Shown in pieces: positions 1 to 8,483 of a stretch of DNA of 20,000 bases (its first letter is position 1; each line of letters opens with the position of its first letter). The translations under genes were made by a program, and so were the position numbers. The DNA is from an uncultured virus (IMG/VR IMGVR_UViG_3300048889_000033) (taxonomy: Duplodnaviria > Heunggongvirae > Uroviricota > Caudoviricetes). The DNA lies in the IMG/VR virus record IMGVR_UViG_3300048889_000033; one strand, 5' to 3'. The notes beneath the pieces were generated by a model, which did not search any database, was not told where the DNA came from, and worked only from the letters and a program-made list of their open reading frames with translations.

Positions 1-1
1 G

Positions 2-166
2 GCATTCTATTGGGTAGAAAAATCAATACCGGTTATCAGTTTTATTGTCCCAATTGAAGCCGGGAGTAAAAACACAGGATGGCATGTAGATGATTGTTCA
101 ATAAGTATTGATAAATTAGTCACGGCAAAGCAAGGGCTTACGAGGCTACTAAACTATTTATTATAA
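2..166 (+). CDS. 3' end of an upstream gene, hypothetical protein (partial)
   Basis: Open frame from base 2 (AFYWVEKSIPVISF...LTRLLNYLL) to TAA at 164-166, overlapping the next ATG (TAATG coupling). Confidence 0.6.
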   Translation, partial: AFYWVEKSIPVISFIVPIEAGSKNTGWHVDDCSISIDKLVTAKQGLTRLLNYLL

Positions 167-1437
167 TGTATCAGGAAGTTAATTTAAAAGAGAAGACGGT
201 AATGGTGATCGACTTCGGAAATTATATAGGGGTTGCGAGAAGATTGAGTAAAGAGTTCGGATGCGTGTATTACCATTCCCCCTTTGTCATAAACGGTTTC
301 CCTGAACATAACCCAGTGGATATTGGTCGTGGTGTGTCCGAAATAATTAAAGTACAAGACTTTGAAGATTATATAGAATCGGTGGATTTGTTCGTTTTCC
401 CAGACCTATATTTCAAAGGTCTACAACGTTTTTTACGTCGTCAAGGGAAGTTAGTGTATGGTAGCGGGGATGCCCAAGTGATGGAAACCGACAGGGGCTA
501 TATGAAAATGTTACAAAAGGAGTTAGAATTACCAACCAACGAATACGAGGAAGTGGAAGGGTTATATAATCTTGAAGAACGTTTAAAAGTATTAGAGGAT
601 AAATATATCAAAAGTTCTTTGCGCGGAGATTCTGAGACTTTTAAACATATTAACTATACCCTATCCAAAGAAGAATTAAAGGGAATGAAGCATAGGATGG
701 GTATTTTCGATAAAAAAGAAAAATACATTATAGAGAGTAAAATTGAATCAATAGCAGAAGTAGGCATCGATACAGAAACAGCAGATGGAATGTTTCTTGA
801 TGTTAGCCTCACTGGGATCGAGTTAAAAGATGTTGGCTTCTACGGAAGGATGTTAAGTTATGGCCGACTGCCAAAACAAATAAAAATTGTAACAGATAAA
901 TTGGCACCCGTTTTTGAGAGTTTTGGTTATAGGGGACCATATTCGAATGAAATAAGAATAGACAAAGAATTGGATGGATATTTAATAGACCAAACTTGCC
1001 GAATGCCTTCGCCGCCGACCTCTCTTAAATTACTTATGTACGAAAATTATGGGTATGTACTTTGGGAAATAGCTAACGGGAGAATACCGAAAGTTAGATA
1101 TAAATACGAGCACGGGGTACAATTCATAATAAAATCTGAATTAGCTAAGACGGAGCCAGTGGCCATACAGTTTCCAGAAATTTACAAAGACCACATTGAT
1201 ATAAAGAACTTGGTTATTGATGATGATGGAACTTATTACTATACTCCCAATGGGGTATCAATGTGTGAAATAGGGAGCGTATCTGCGGCCGGCCATTCTA
1301 TTGAACAGGCTGTAAAATTAGCCACAGAAATATCTAAAACCGTGAAAGGGTTTGACCTTTATATAAATACAGATTGTATCGAAGACGCCCAAAAGCAAAT
1401 AAAAGAACTCAACAAAAATGGTATCCGTTATCTGTAA
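166..1437 (+). CDS. ATP-grasp ligase, PurD/GARS-like (423 aa), substrate unknown
   Basis: VDLFVFPD..G...LRRQGKLVYGSGDAQVMETDRGYMKMLQKELELPTNEY parallels the PurD segment DLVVVGPE..G...LRAAGIPVFGP...AQLEGSKAFAK..M...GIPTAEY. Also KYIIESKI, GYRGPYSNE, LIDQTCR and a GARS C-domain-like GSVSAAGHSIEQAVKLA. The PurD glycine-rich substrate motifs are not recognisable. Confidence 0.75.
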   Translation: MYQEVNLKEKTVMVIDFGNYIGVARRLSKEFGCVYYHSPFVINGFPEHNPVDIGRGVSEIIKVQDFEDYIESVDLFVFPDLYFKGLQRFLRRQGKLVYGSGDAQVMETDRGYMKMLQKELELPTNEYEEVEGLYNLEERLKVLEDKYIKSSLRGDSETFKHINYTLSKEELKGMKHRMGIFDKKEKYIIESKIESIAEVGIDTETADGMFLDVSLTGIELKDVGFYGRMLSYGRLPKQIKIVTDKLAPVFESFGYRGPYSNEIRIDKELDGYLIDQTCRMPSPPTSLKLLMYENYGYVLWEIANGRIPKVRYKYEHGVQFIIKSELAKTEPVAIQFPEIYKDHIDIKNLVIDDDGTYYYTPNGVSMCEIGSVSAAGHSIEQAVKLATEISKTVKGFDLYINTDCIEDAQKQIKELNKNGIRYL

Positions 1438-1488
1438 TTACTTTTTACCCGGGTAAACACTTCTTACTTTGTCCTCCAAATAATTCAT

Positions 1489-1513
1489 ATAGCCATCCAA
1501 AATGGCTATTTTT
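1489..1513 (+). terminator. Possible intrinsic terminator or stem-loop after the ATP-grasp gene
   Basis: ATAGCCAT-ccaaa-ATGGCTAT 8-bp stem followed by TTTT. Confidence 0.4.
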
Positions 1514-1526
1514 CCTTTAAAAATCG

Positions 1527-1931
1527 TTGTCTTCCAAGACTTTCCAGTTTCTAGCGGATACTATTAACGGGGTTATTCAAGAAACTCCGGCATCCTTTTA
1601 TTTCCCCTGTGACCAAATAGTACCGTTAGGCATACAAATCGTACGTGATTTCGATGATGATTTATGCATAATCGCTAAAAGGGTATATGTTATAAGGTAT
1701 GGGCAAGACTTATTCGGGTCTACACAATTTACCGATCTGAATAGTTTCATGCAGTATCGAAATTCCGGTTGTCATTGTTGTTCGGAATGTGGGTCTTATG
1801 TCCTTATTGCAAATGGGTGTTTCCTTACAATAAATGGTTGTCATATAGTTATAAAGCCTTGTAAGGGGATAGTCCTGAAGGCAAACGGTTGTTATTTAAC
1901 AATTAACGGATGTACAATAAATCTTAATTAA
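1527..1931 (+). CDS. Hypothetical protein with Cys-rich duplicated C-terminal motif, probably virion-associated
   Basis: 134-aa ORF with TTG start, abutting the next gene. Contains ANGCFLTINGC and ANGCYLTINGC repeats and a CHCCSEC cluster. Confidence 0.6.
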   Translation: MSSKTFQFLADTINGVIQETPASFYFPCDQIVPLGIQIVRDFDDDLCIIAKRVYVIRYGQDLFGSTQFTDLNSFMQYRNSGCHCCSECGSYVLIANGCFLTINGCHIVIKPCKGIVLKANGCYLTINGCTINLN

Positions 1932-1932
1932 A

Positions 1933-2352
1933 ATGGCGTCATGCGAGATTGAAATAAGTACAGGGTTACCAGTTCTTACAAGCTGCCCGGGGAATAACGA
2001 GCTTATTTTATTTGCCAATGCCGTGGGCGGATTGGATTCATCCGGTAATTTAACAACCGGATATGCTGTAAGGACGTGGGCTACGGTTTTTGCATGCATT
2101 CAATCAAAATTATTTGGAGAAGGCGGCTTGACAATAAATGGGACACAATTAGATGGTAGTAACATATACACCGATCCAAATATGCCACCTCTTGCCATTA
2201 TCTTCTACAATGGTATCGGTCGGTTTCTTCTTTATGGGACTGAATGGAAATACGTAAATAATACTGATACTTCGGCAGGGATACAAATATTAATACCTGG
2301 AACATTTGGGGCATCCGATTATTTCACCATATTACCGAACCCAAATTCATAA
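1933..2352 (+). CDS. Hypothetical putative virion/tail protein (139 aa)
   Basis: Tightly packed ORF with G/T/N-rich beta composition, directly before the fibre genes. Confidence 0.6.
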   Translation: MASCEIEISTGLPVLTSCPGNNELILFANAVGGLDSSGNLTTGYAVRTWATVFACIQSKLFGEGGLTINGTQLDGSNIYTDPNMPPLAIIFYNGIGRFLLYGTEWKYVNNTDTSAGIQILIPGTFGASDYFTILPNPNS

Positions 2353-2354
2353 GC

Positions 2355-5300
2355 ATGAAAGGACTTATTATAACCATAGGATTTATTTTATGTTTGGCAA
2401 CTTCATTCGCTCAAACACCTGTTAACAGAAGTTCGGCAGCAGTGACTGCCGTTGATGCGAGGTTAAAGACGAGTTTAAACTTTTATCTTCCCGTAGCAAC
2501 TGACACAACCCTTAACGGAGGTTTGGATTCTCTTGGTGCCATGCTATTGGTGATAAAACCGGGGGATACGTCATTGTATCTTCGTATTCCTCGTCCCGGT
2601 GGTAATAAATGGGCAAAAATGTTAAGAAGTGGGGATGCAGGCACAGGAGTGCTGACTTTTAATACCAGAAACGGAAATGTAACTTTGTTATTTGCAGATG
2701 TAGTTGCTGCTTTAGGGTATACGCCACCCAACCCAAACGGAACAAATCTACAATACATAGCAGGAGATGGAAGTAAGGTCACTTTCCCTACTATTCCCGC
2801 CCAATTTAACCCGATAGCAGGATATGGTATATCTATAACTGGAAGCTACCCTAACAAGACGTTTACGGCCGATACAGCGGTTTTATTCCCGGCAGTCCGG
2901 GCAACAATATCAGGCGGCGGCGGCCCCGGAATTTCGTCTTTAAATGGACTCACAGGGGCTACGCAAACATTTGCTAATGGAACTGCCGGTACGGATTTCA
3001 ATATTTCTTCGGTCGGCACAACTCATACATTTAATGCCCCTATTGTAAGCGGCACGAATACAGGTAAAGTAACACCCTCTCTTTTTAATACATGGAATGC
3101 TAAATTGAGTAATATTACAGGTTTGATAACGGCAGGAACAAATGTAACCATCACGGGGTCGGGAACATCCGGTAGCCCATATGTTATAAATTCAAGTGGG
3201 AGTGGGGGGACAGACTCAGGCAGAAATGCAGGCTTTGGGTTATCTAAAAATATTTCAAGTACCACGGTTACATTTTCTTTGGATACCACATTGGGAGGTA
3301 CATTAAACGGAATTCATAGCCGAAATTATAATGATTTAAGGTATTTACAAATAGGCGCAACAGCAGGAGGGGATTTGACAGGTACGTATCCAAATCCCAC
3401 ATTAGCCACGGTTATAAGTGCTGGAAGTTGTACCAATTGTAATTTAACGTATGATGCTAAGGGAAGATTGTTGGTTGCAACAAATGGAAGTGGGGGTACC
3501 GGAGGCTTTAACAGCAATATAGGTTCAGGATACCGTTGGGCTGTTCCCAATTCAAATCAAATTAAAACAGTCTTCCCATCTTTCGGTCAATTAATTGATT
3601 CTACTTCCAATACAAACGCTTTGACGATAGGGCCGGATACTACAAAGATGTCCACCATCAAAGCATTGAATGATACCACTGATAACTTTGTTTACTCTAC
3701 CGGATTTCAAACGTCGGGTAATTCCGTTCCTTTCTTGGGCCATTCTTATACATTTGGAACGAATGCATCTAGCCCCGCTTTCCGATGGACTTCACTGGTA
3801 GCTGCTGGTATGGGAGCAACTGAAGTTAATTTAGGCGTTGCTGGTAAAACAATGATGTACCAAGACCCAAAGAACTATCAGGGGCCAGCCGCCATGACGC
3901 AAACCCTTACCGATATCCCCGTGAAGACTTTCGCCATGAAAGCCCTTTTCTTTGATTTCGGATTAAATGATATGGGACAAACAGCACCCGCATATACAGT
4001 CGCCAATTTTAAGGCCGCTTACGATACGGTATTAAACTATGCTATTAATACCCGTGGATGGTTTCCTTCGCAGATAGTTATAATGGGGGAAGAATGGATC
4101 GGAACAGCGGGGCTGAATTATTACGGAACGGTTACCGGCAATGCTGCTCCTACACAAGCAAGGGCGCAACAGTTTGTACAGGCTATCAAAGAAACAGCCA
4201 GAAAATGGGGCTGTAAATATGTAGACAACTACTATTCCATCCTGCAAAACGATACGACACTTATTAGTGGAACTGGCAGTGTGCACCCGAACGATAGCGG
4301 CTATGCATATATCGCTCGTCGTGCATTGCAAAAATTAGCCGTTTCAACCGCTACGGCATCAAACACAACCGATTCATCTACATTTGTTACCAACACTCAT
4401 TTACAAACTTACGTTGCAGCACAAGCCATCGCAAACAACCCCCAATTAGTTCAATTCACCGTAGGGGATAATGGCGAAAAGACACCAGCTAACGGCGTAA
4501 CGACTTATCAGGATTCATTGCTAATAGGAGCTACAGGTATCACCGTCCATCAGCAGGGCATAGGAATGCCAGTAGGTCGCGCAAGGGGTGGTATATGGGC
4601 CAGCTTCAATGATACCACAGGTACGGTTACGCTGCACAACGGGGCCTTTACCGATAGTTCCTATTTTGAAATGGTCGCCTATTTTACGACAAAGGCACCA
4701 CAACGAACAAGTGATGATAGTAATTTCATAGCAGCGGTATTGGGGGCCGGCGGTTCGCTGACATCCTTGCAGGAGGGATATATTACGACCTTCTTTAACA
4801 CGCTCAAATCAAACAACCTTTGGGATAAGATAATAGCAGGCCATATGCTGTTTCTGGGTTCAGCAGCCGCTACAAAATTCAATATAAAGAATCCTGCTAA
4901 TACCGATGCCGCCTTTAGGTTGACATGGCATGGGACAGGAACGTTTGCCTCAAATGGCTGGACATCCGATGGCTCTACGGGATACGCTGACATGCATTTT
5001 AACCCATCGCTGGATGCGACCCAAGACGGGTTAGGTTTTGGAGCCTACGTAAGAGGAGGGAGCACGGGTAGCACCGTTTATATGATGGGGAATTACGATG
5101 GAAGTTCTATAACCAATGATGTGGGGATAGATAACTCTTCAGGCATGTTCGGTGGTTGTAATTCCCCATTGGCTCAAATAAACTCAATAATACCGGCGGC
5201 TTCAACCAGATTAATTTATGTAAACAGAGTTAACAGTGGTAGCGTAAAATATTACAGGGACGGCACTCTTGTAGGTACAAGTTCGCAAACGTCAGCAACT

Positions 5301-5477
5301 CCCTTTAACGGGAACGTGTACTTAGGCTGTTTTAATTTCAATGGTACTCCTAACTTTTTCTTTGGTAACCGGATAACCTTTAGCATTATAACCGATGGGT
5401 CCCTGAATGATACCGACGAAGCCAACCTGAATACGGCCATCAACACATTTTTAACATCTTGGGGTATCAATATATAA
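2355..5477 (+). CDS. Tail fibre/spike-like protein with Sec signal peptide, central SGNH hydrolase domain and C-terminal lectin-like (LamG/ConA-like) domain
   Basis: Signal MKGLIITIGFILCLATSFA|Q. Fibre motifs VLTFNTRNGNVTL, ITAGTNVTITGSGT, AGGDLTGTYPNPTLA and LTYDAKGRL. SGNH blocks FLGHSYT, NLGVAG, DFGLND and SVHPN. C-terminal VKYYRDGTLVG...VYLG. Confidence 0.75.
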   Translation: MKGLIITIGFILCLATSFAQTPVNRSSAAVTAVDARLKTSLNFYLPVATDTTLNGGLDSLGAMLLVIKPGDTSLYLRIPRPGGNKWAKMLRSGDAGTGVLTFNTRNGNVTLLFADVVAALGYTPPNPNGTNLQYIAGDGSKVTFPTIPAQFNPIAGYGISITGSYPNKTFTADTAVLFPAVRATISGGGGPGISSLNGLTGATQTFANGTAGTDFNISSVGTTHTFNAPIVSGTNTGKVTPSLFNTWNAKLSNITGLITAGTNVTITGSGTSGSPYVINSSGSGGTDSGRNAGFGLSKNISSTTVTFSLDTTLGGTLNGIHSRNYNDLRYLQIGATAGGDLTGTYPNPTLATVISAGSCTNCNLTYDAKGRLLVATNGSGGTGGFNSNIGSGYRWAVPNSNQIKTVFPSFGQLIDSTSNTNALTIGPDTTKMSTIKALNDTTDNFVYSTGFQTSGNSVPFLGHSYTFGTNASSPAFRWTSLVAAGMGATEVNLGVAGKTMMYQDPKNYQGPAAMTQTLTDIPVKTFAMKALFFDFGLNDMGQTAPAYTVANFKAAYDTVLNYAINTRGWFPSQIVIMGEEWIGTAGLNYYGTVTGNAAPTQARAQQFVQAIKETARKWGCKYVDNYYSILQNDTTLISGTGSVHPNDSGYAYIARRALQKLAVSTATASNTTDSSTFVTNTHLQTYVAAQAIANNPQLVQFTVGDNGEKTPANGVTTYQDSLLIGATGITVHQQGIGMPVGRARGGIWASFNDTTGTVTLHNGAFTDSSYFEMVAYFTTKAPQRTSDDSNFIAAVLGAGGSLTSLQEGYITTFFNTLKSNNLWDKIIAGHMLFLGSAAATKFNIKNPANTDAAFRLTWHGTGTFASNGWTSDGSTGYADMHFNPSLDATQDGLGFGAYVRGGSTGSTVYMMGNYDGSSITNDVGIDNSSGMFGGCNSPLAQINSIIPAASTRLIYVNRVNSGSVKYYRDGTLVGTSSQTSATPFNGNVYLGCFNFNGTPNFFFGNRITFSIITDGSLNDTDEANLNTAINTFLTSWGINI

Positions 5478-5479
5478 AT

Positions 5480-6625
5480 ATGAAAAAACTACTAATATTC
5501 ATACTGATTCTCGCAAGCGCGTATAGTTACGGGCAGCGGATTACCCCTATAGGTACAACGAAAGATACAGTTGAGGTGAAGAATGCTTTTACGGTTGATA
5601 GCTTGTTGACAGTAAAAAACCTTACTGTATTGGGATTAGATACGACAAACTATAAAATAGGCGTTGTGGACGCTAATGGTAAATTCAGAAAAATGGTATG
5701 GCCGACTTTTGGCAGTAGCGGGAGTGATACCTTGAAACTAGCATTCGCGGGAACGGGGGAGCGGCCTTTTTGGGGAACCAATGACACCCTTCACGGAAAG
5801 ACTATTAAAGGACTTGGAAGCGTATCCATAACCAGTGGGGCCGATAGTACAATAAATGTGCAGTTAACAGGCTTTACTACTGGGCGGATTCCTTTTTCCT
5901 CATCGTCATCCGTGTTAACTGACAACGCCAATCTTAAATGGGATGCGACCGGCAGCACGTTGGTAATTGGCGGCAGTAGTGGTTCGTTTACTCAGAATAT
6001 ATATACTACCGGAAATTCAGTAAGCGGAAATTTCGGTAATTCAGGTGGGCAGAGAAATTTTCTAGGAGGAGGCACATTTACTGATAACACAACTGCTGCA
6101 AGTGGATCGAAGAGCTATTGGTTTGCAGACCAAATATCCGGCCCAACATATGCTGCCACTAACTCGAGTGTTACTTACAATAACATATCTACCTTAACCG
6201 CTGTCGCCCCAACGGCTGGCACAAATATAACCGCTACGCATAGATTTGCTATACGAACTTTTGATAATAGTGCAGGTTCCGGTAGCCTATTTGTGGATGG
6301 GGGTTCGTTTTTAGGAGGAGGTGTCTACCAAAAATTAATATCCATTACCAGCAACTATACAATCACCAGTTCGGACTATCAGATACTGGTAGATGCGACA
6401 GGTGGAAATATTACGCTCACCCTTCCGGCCGTTTCGAGTGTGTATGACGCAACGTTGGGAGTGGGGATTATATACTCTATAAAGAGAATAGATGCCAGCG
6501 GAAATACGGTAACCGTGCAGCGCGCGGGAAGTGATCTAATCGATAATGCGACTTCATTTACATTAACGTCCCTACAATCGAAGTCTTTGCAGGCCGCTAG
6601 CGGGGGAAATTGGTGGATTTATTAA
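5480..6625 (+). CDS. Fibre-like protein with Sec signal peptide (381 aa; likely start ATG 5480)
   Basis: Signal MKKLLIFILILASAYSYG|Q. GRIPFSSSSSVLTDNANLKWD motif. C-terminal SNYTITSSDYQILVDATGGNITLTLP...IKRIDASGNTVTV...W module typical of phage fibre proteins. Confidence 0.7.
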   Translation: MKKLLIFILILASAYSYGQRITPIGTTKDTVEVKNAFTVDSLLTVKNLTVLGLDTTNYKIGVVDANGKFRKMVWPTFGSSGSDTLKLAFAGTGERPFWGTNDTLHGKTIKGLGSVSITSGADSTINVQLTGFTTGRIPFSSSSSVLTDNANLKWDATGSTLVIGGSSGSFTQNIYTTGNSVSGNFGNSGGQRNFLGGGTFTDNTTAASGSKSYWFADQISGPTYAATNSSVTYNNISTLTAVAPTAGTNITATHRFAIRTFDNSAGSGSLFVDGGSFLGGGVYQKLISITSNYTITSSDYQILVDATGGNITLTLPAVSSVYDATLGVGIIYSIKRIDASGNTVTVQRAGSDLIDNATSFTLTSLQSKSLQAASGGNWWIY

Positions 6626-6635
6626 TTTTTTTAAC

Positions 6636-7271
6636 ATGTGTAATACTGTAGGCAGAAACAGAATGTGTCCAGAGTGTAACTTAAATTTAATAAAAAATTA
6701 TTATTCAAAAAGATGTGGGGAATGCGACATAAAAAGAAAAAAATCATTGAAAGGAGATAAAAGCCCTTTATGGGATGGAGGAAGAATTTGTAAAAAATGT
6801 CAAAAATTAATGGAGAGACGCCCAAAGCATGGGATATGTTGGGATTGCTATTCGGCTGATAACTATAAAGGAAGGCCTAAATGTTTAAGTTGTGGTAATC
6901 TAATGTCTCGATATAATTATACAGATTCTTATTGCCAAAAATGCTATAGGGGTGATCGAACTAAAAGATGGAATCCTAATTTAGAATCAGAAATAAGAGA
7001 AAATGGTAGAACGATAAATCCTAAATATTACGAATGGAGATTAAATGTGTTTAATAGAGATAGGTTTCAGTGTCAAAAATGTGGGGATAATAAAGGAGGT
7101 AATCTCGTAGCTCATCATATTTTTAATTTTCATAGTCATAAAGAATTAAGAACTGATATAAACAATGGAATAACCTTATGTGAAAAATGTCACATAGTTT
7201 TCCACAAAATATATGGTAACAAGAACAATAATAAAAAACAGATTAATGAGTTTCTTAATATATGTAATTAA
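6636..7271 (+). CDS. Free-standing HNH endonuclease with multiple CxxC zinc-finger pairs (probable homing endonuclease)
   Basis: Y.EWRLNVFNRDRFQCQKCG...LVAHHI...RTDINNGITLCEKCH HNH signature; eight CxxC motifs; visibly more AT-rich than the flanking genes. Confidence 0.85.
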   Translation: MCNTVGRNRMCPECNLNLIKNYYSKRCGECDIKRKKSLKGDKSPLWDGGRICKKCQKLMERRPKHGICWDCYSADNYKGRPKCLSCGNLMSRYNYTDSYCQKCYRGDRTKRWNPNLESEIRENGRTINPKYYEWRLNVFNRDRFQCQKCGDNKGGNLVAHHIFNFHSHKELRTDINNGITLCEKCHIVFHKIYGNKNNNKKQINEFLNICN

Positions 7272-7280
7272 ACCTAAACC

Positions 7281-7637
7281 ATGAGAAAAGGACTAATCAG
7301 TGGATTGTTGGTTGTCGCTGCTATAGCGGTTGTTATTATAGTTATTGCCAATAGCAGCCCAACAACTTATTCGCCAACATTCAGCGCCACGGCCACGCTG
7401 AACTTCCCTAGTACGGGAGCGAGCTCTTCGAGCGATTTAACTATCACGGTTACCGGCGCGGCGGATGGAGACGCTGTTTTTATAGGGGTGCCTAACGGCT
7501 CTATAGTAGCTAATTCAATTTTCACCGCGTGGGTATCAGCGTCCAATACTGTTAAAATAAGGTTTTCAAATCTGGATATTCTTAATGCAGGAGATCCCGC
7601 ATCGGGGACTTTCCGGGCAGTCGTAATCAAACAATAA
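7281..7637 (+). CDS. Small beta-sandwich structural-type protein with N-terminal hydrophobic anchor/signal (118 aa)
   Basis: N-terminal hydrophobic run GLLVVAAIAVVIIVIA. The segment TLNFPSTGASSSSDLTITVTGAADGDAVFIG...FTAWVSASNTVKIRFSN...DPASGTFRAVV resembles a domain common in phage virion proteins. Confidence 0.6.
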   Translation: MRKGLISGLLVVAAIAVVIIVIANSSPTTYSPTFSATATLNFPSTGASSSSDLTITVTGAADGDAVFIGVPNGSIVANSIFTAWVSASNTVKIRFSNLDILNAGDPASGTFRAVVIKQ

Positions 7638-7648
7638 ACCTACATACT

Positions 7649-8410
7649 ATGGCATTGCATAATGATTTAAACGCAGAAGTAAAGAATGACCTTGTTAATT
7701 TTGCCTCTGCTATAAACGGGCAAGCGTACATATGCCTGGGCGATACGGCCGTTGGAGATTCCTATGTTCGGATATATTATTATGATTCGGCCTCCACGGC
7801 AACGGCAGACGGAGAGGCAGTTCTATCCGCGACCGGAATGGGTGGAACGGGTAGGTTTTTGCAACAGTATTCTAATTATAATACACTCATAAATTTGCCT
7901 TCTATCCCCGCCGCCATCCCTTCCGGTGCTATGCTTATGTGGGGAACCGCTTCTGCACCCTCAGGATGGCTGCTATGTGATGGTACGGCTGTATCTCGCA
8001 CGGGCAGTAATGCAACATTGTTTGGAGTCATAGGAACTACTTTTGGAGCCGGAGATGGCTCTACAACTTTCAATCTTCCCGACTATCGTCAAAGGTTTCC
8101 ATTAGGTAAAGCGGCCAGCGGTACTGGCAGCACATTGGCAGGGACAGGGGGTAGCATTGATCACTTACATTCAGTTGACCCCGCAAGCACTTCTACGAGC
8201 AGTGACGGTTCTCACAATCACGGAGGCGCAACAGGCACGCCAAGTTCAACGGTGGCTGCTACCAACTTAACTGGATCGGCTGCGAGTACGAATCACACGC
8301 ATAGCATTTCAACTGATGGTGCGCACACGCACACGGTGGATATAGCTGCTTTTAATAGTGGGACAGCCAACCCTCCATTTTTAGCAATTAACTATATCAT
8401 CAAACAATAA
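7649..8410 (+). CDS. Tail fibre protein with phage tail-collar domain and HxH metal-binding needle motifs
   Basis: PSGAMLMWGTASAPSGWLLCDGTAVSRT...LFGVIGTTFGAGDGSTTFNLPDYRQRFPLG collar motif; HLH, HNH, HTH and HTH motifs; C-terminal NPPFLAINYIIK; no signal peptide. Confidence 0.9.
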   Translation: MALHNDLNAEVKNDLVNFASAINGQAYICLGDTAVGDSYVRIYYYDSASTATADGEAVLSATGMGGTGRFLQQYSNYNTLINLPSIPAAIPSGAMLMWGTASAPSGWLLCDGTAVSRTGSNATLFGVIGTTFGAGDGSTTFNLPDYRQRFPLGKAASGTGSTLAGTGGSIDHLHSVDPASTSTSSDGSHNHGGATGTPSSTVAATNLTGSAASTNHTHSISTDGAHTHTVDIAAFNSGTANPPFLAINYIIKQ

Positions 8411-8414
8411 AAAT

Positions 8415-8442
8415 TCGGGCGTCACACCCCTGTAACGCCCGA
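8415..8442. terminator. Intergenic GC-rich stem-loop (terminator or RNA stabilising/processing hairpin)
   Basis: TCGGGCGT (8415-8422) and ACGCCCGA (8435-8442) form an inverted repeat right after the collar-gene stop; there is no U-tract on +. Confidence 0.4.
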
Positions 8443-8483
8443 CAAATATTGACCAATAGCGTTTCCACTATCAATGTAAATAT

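Noticed and set aside
166..1437. Calling this gene purD
   Set aside because: Fold similarity only; PurD-specific motifs are not seen and there is no purine pathway context.
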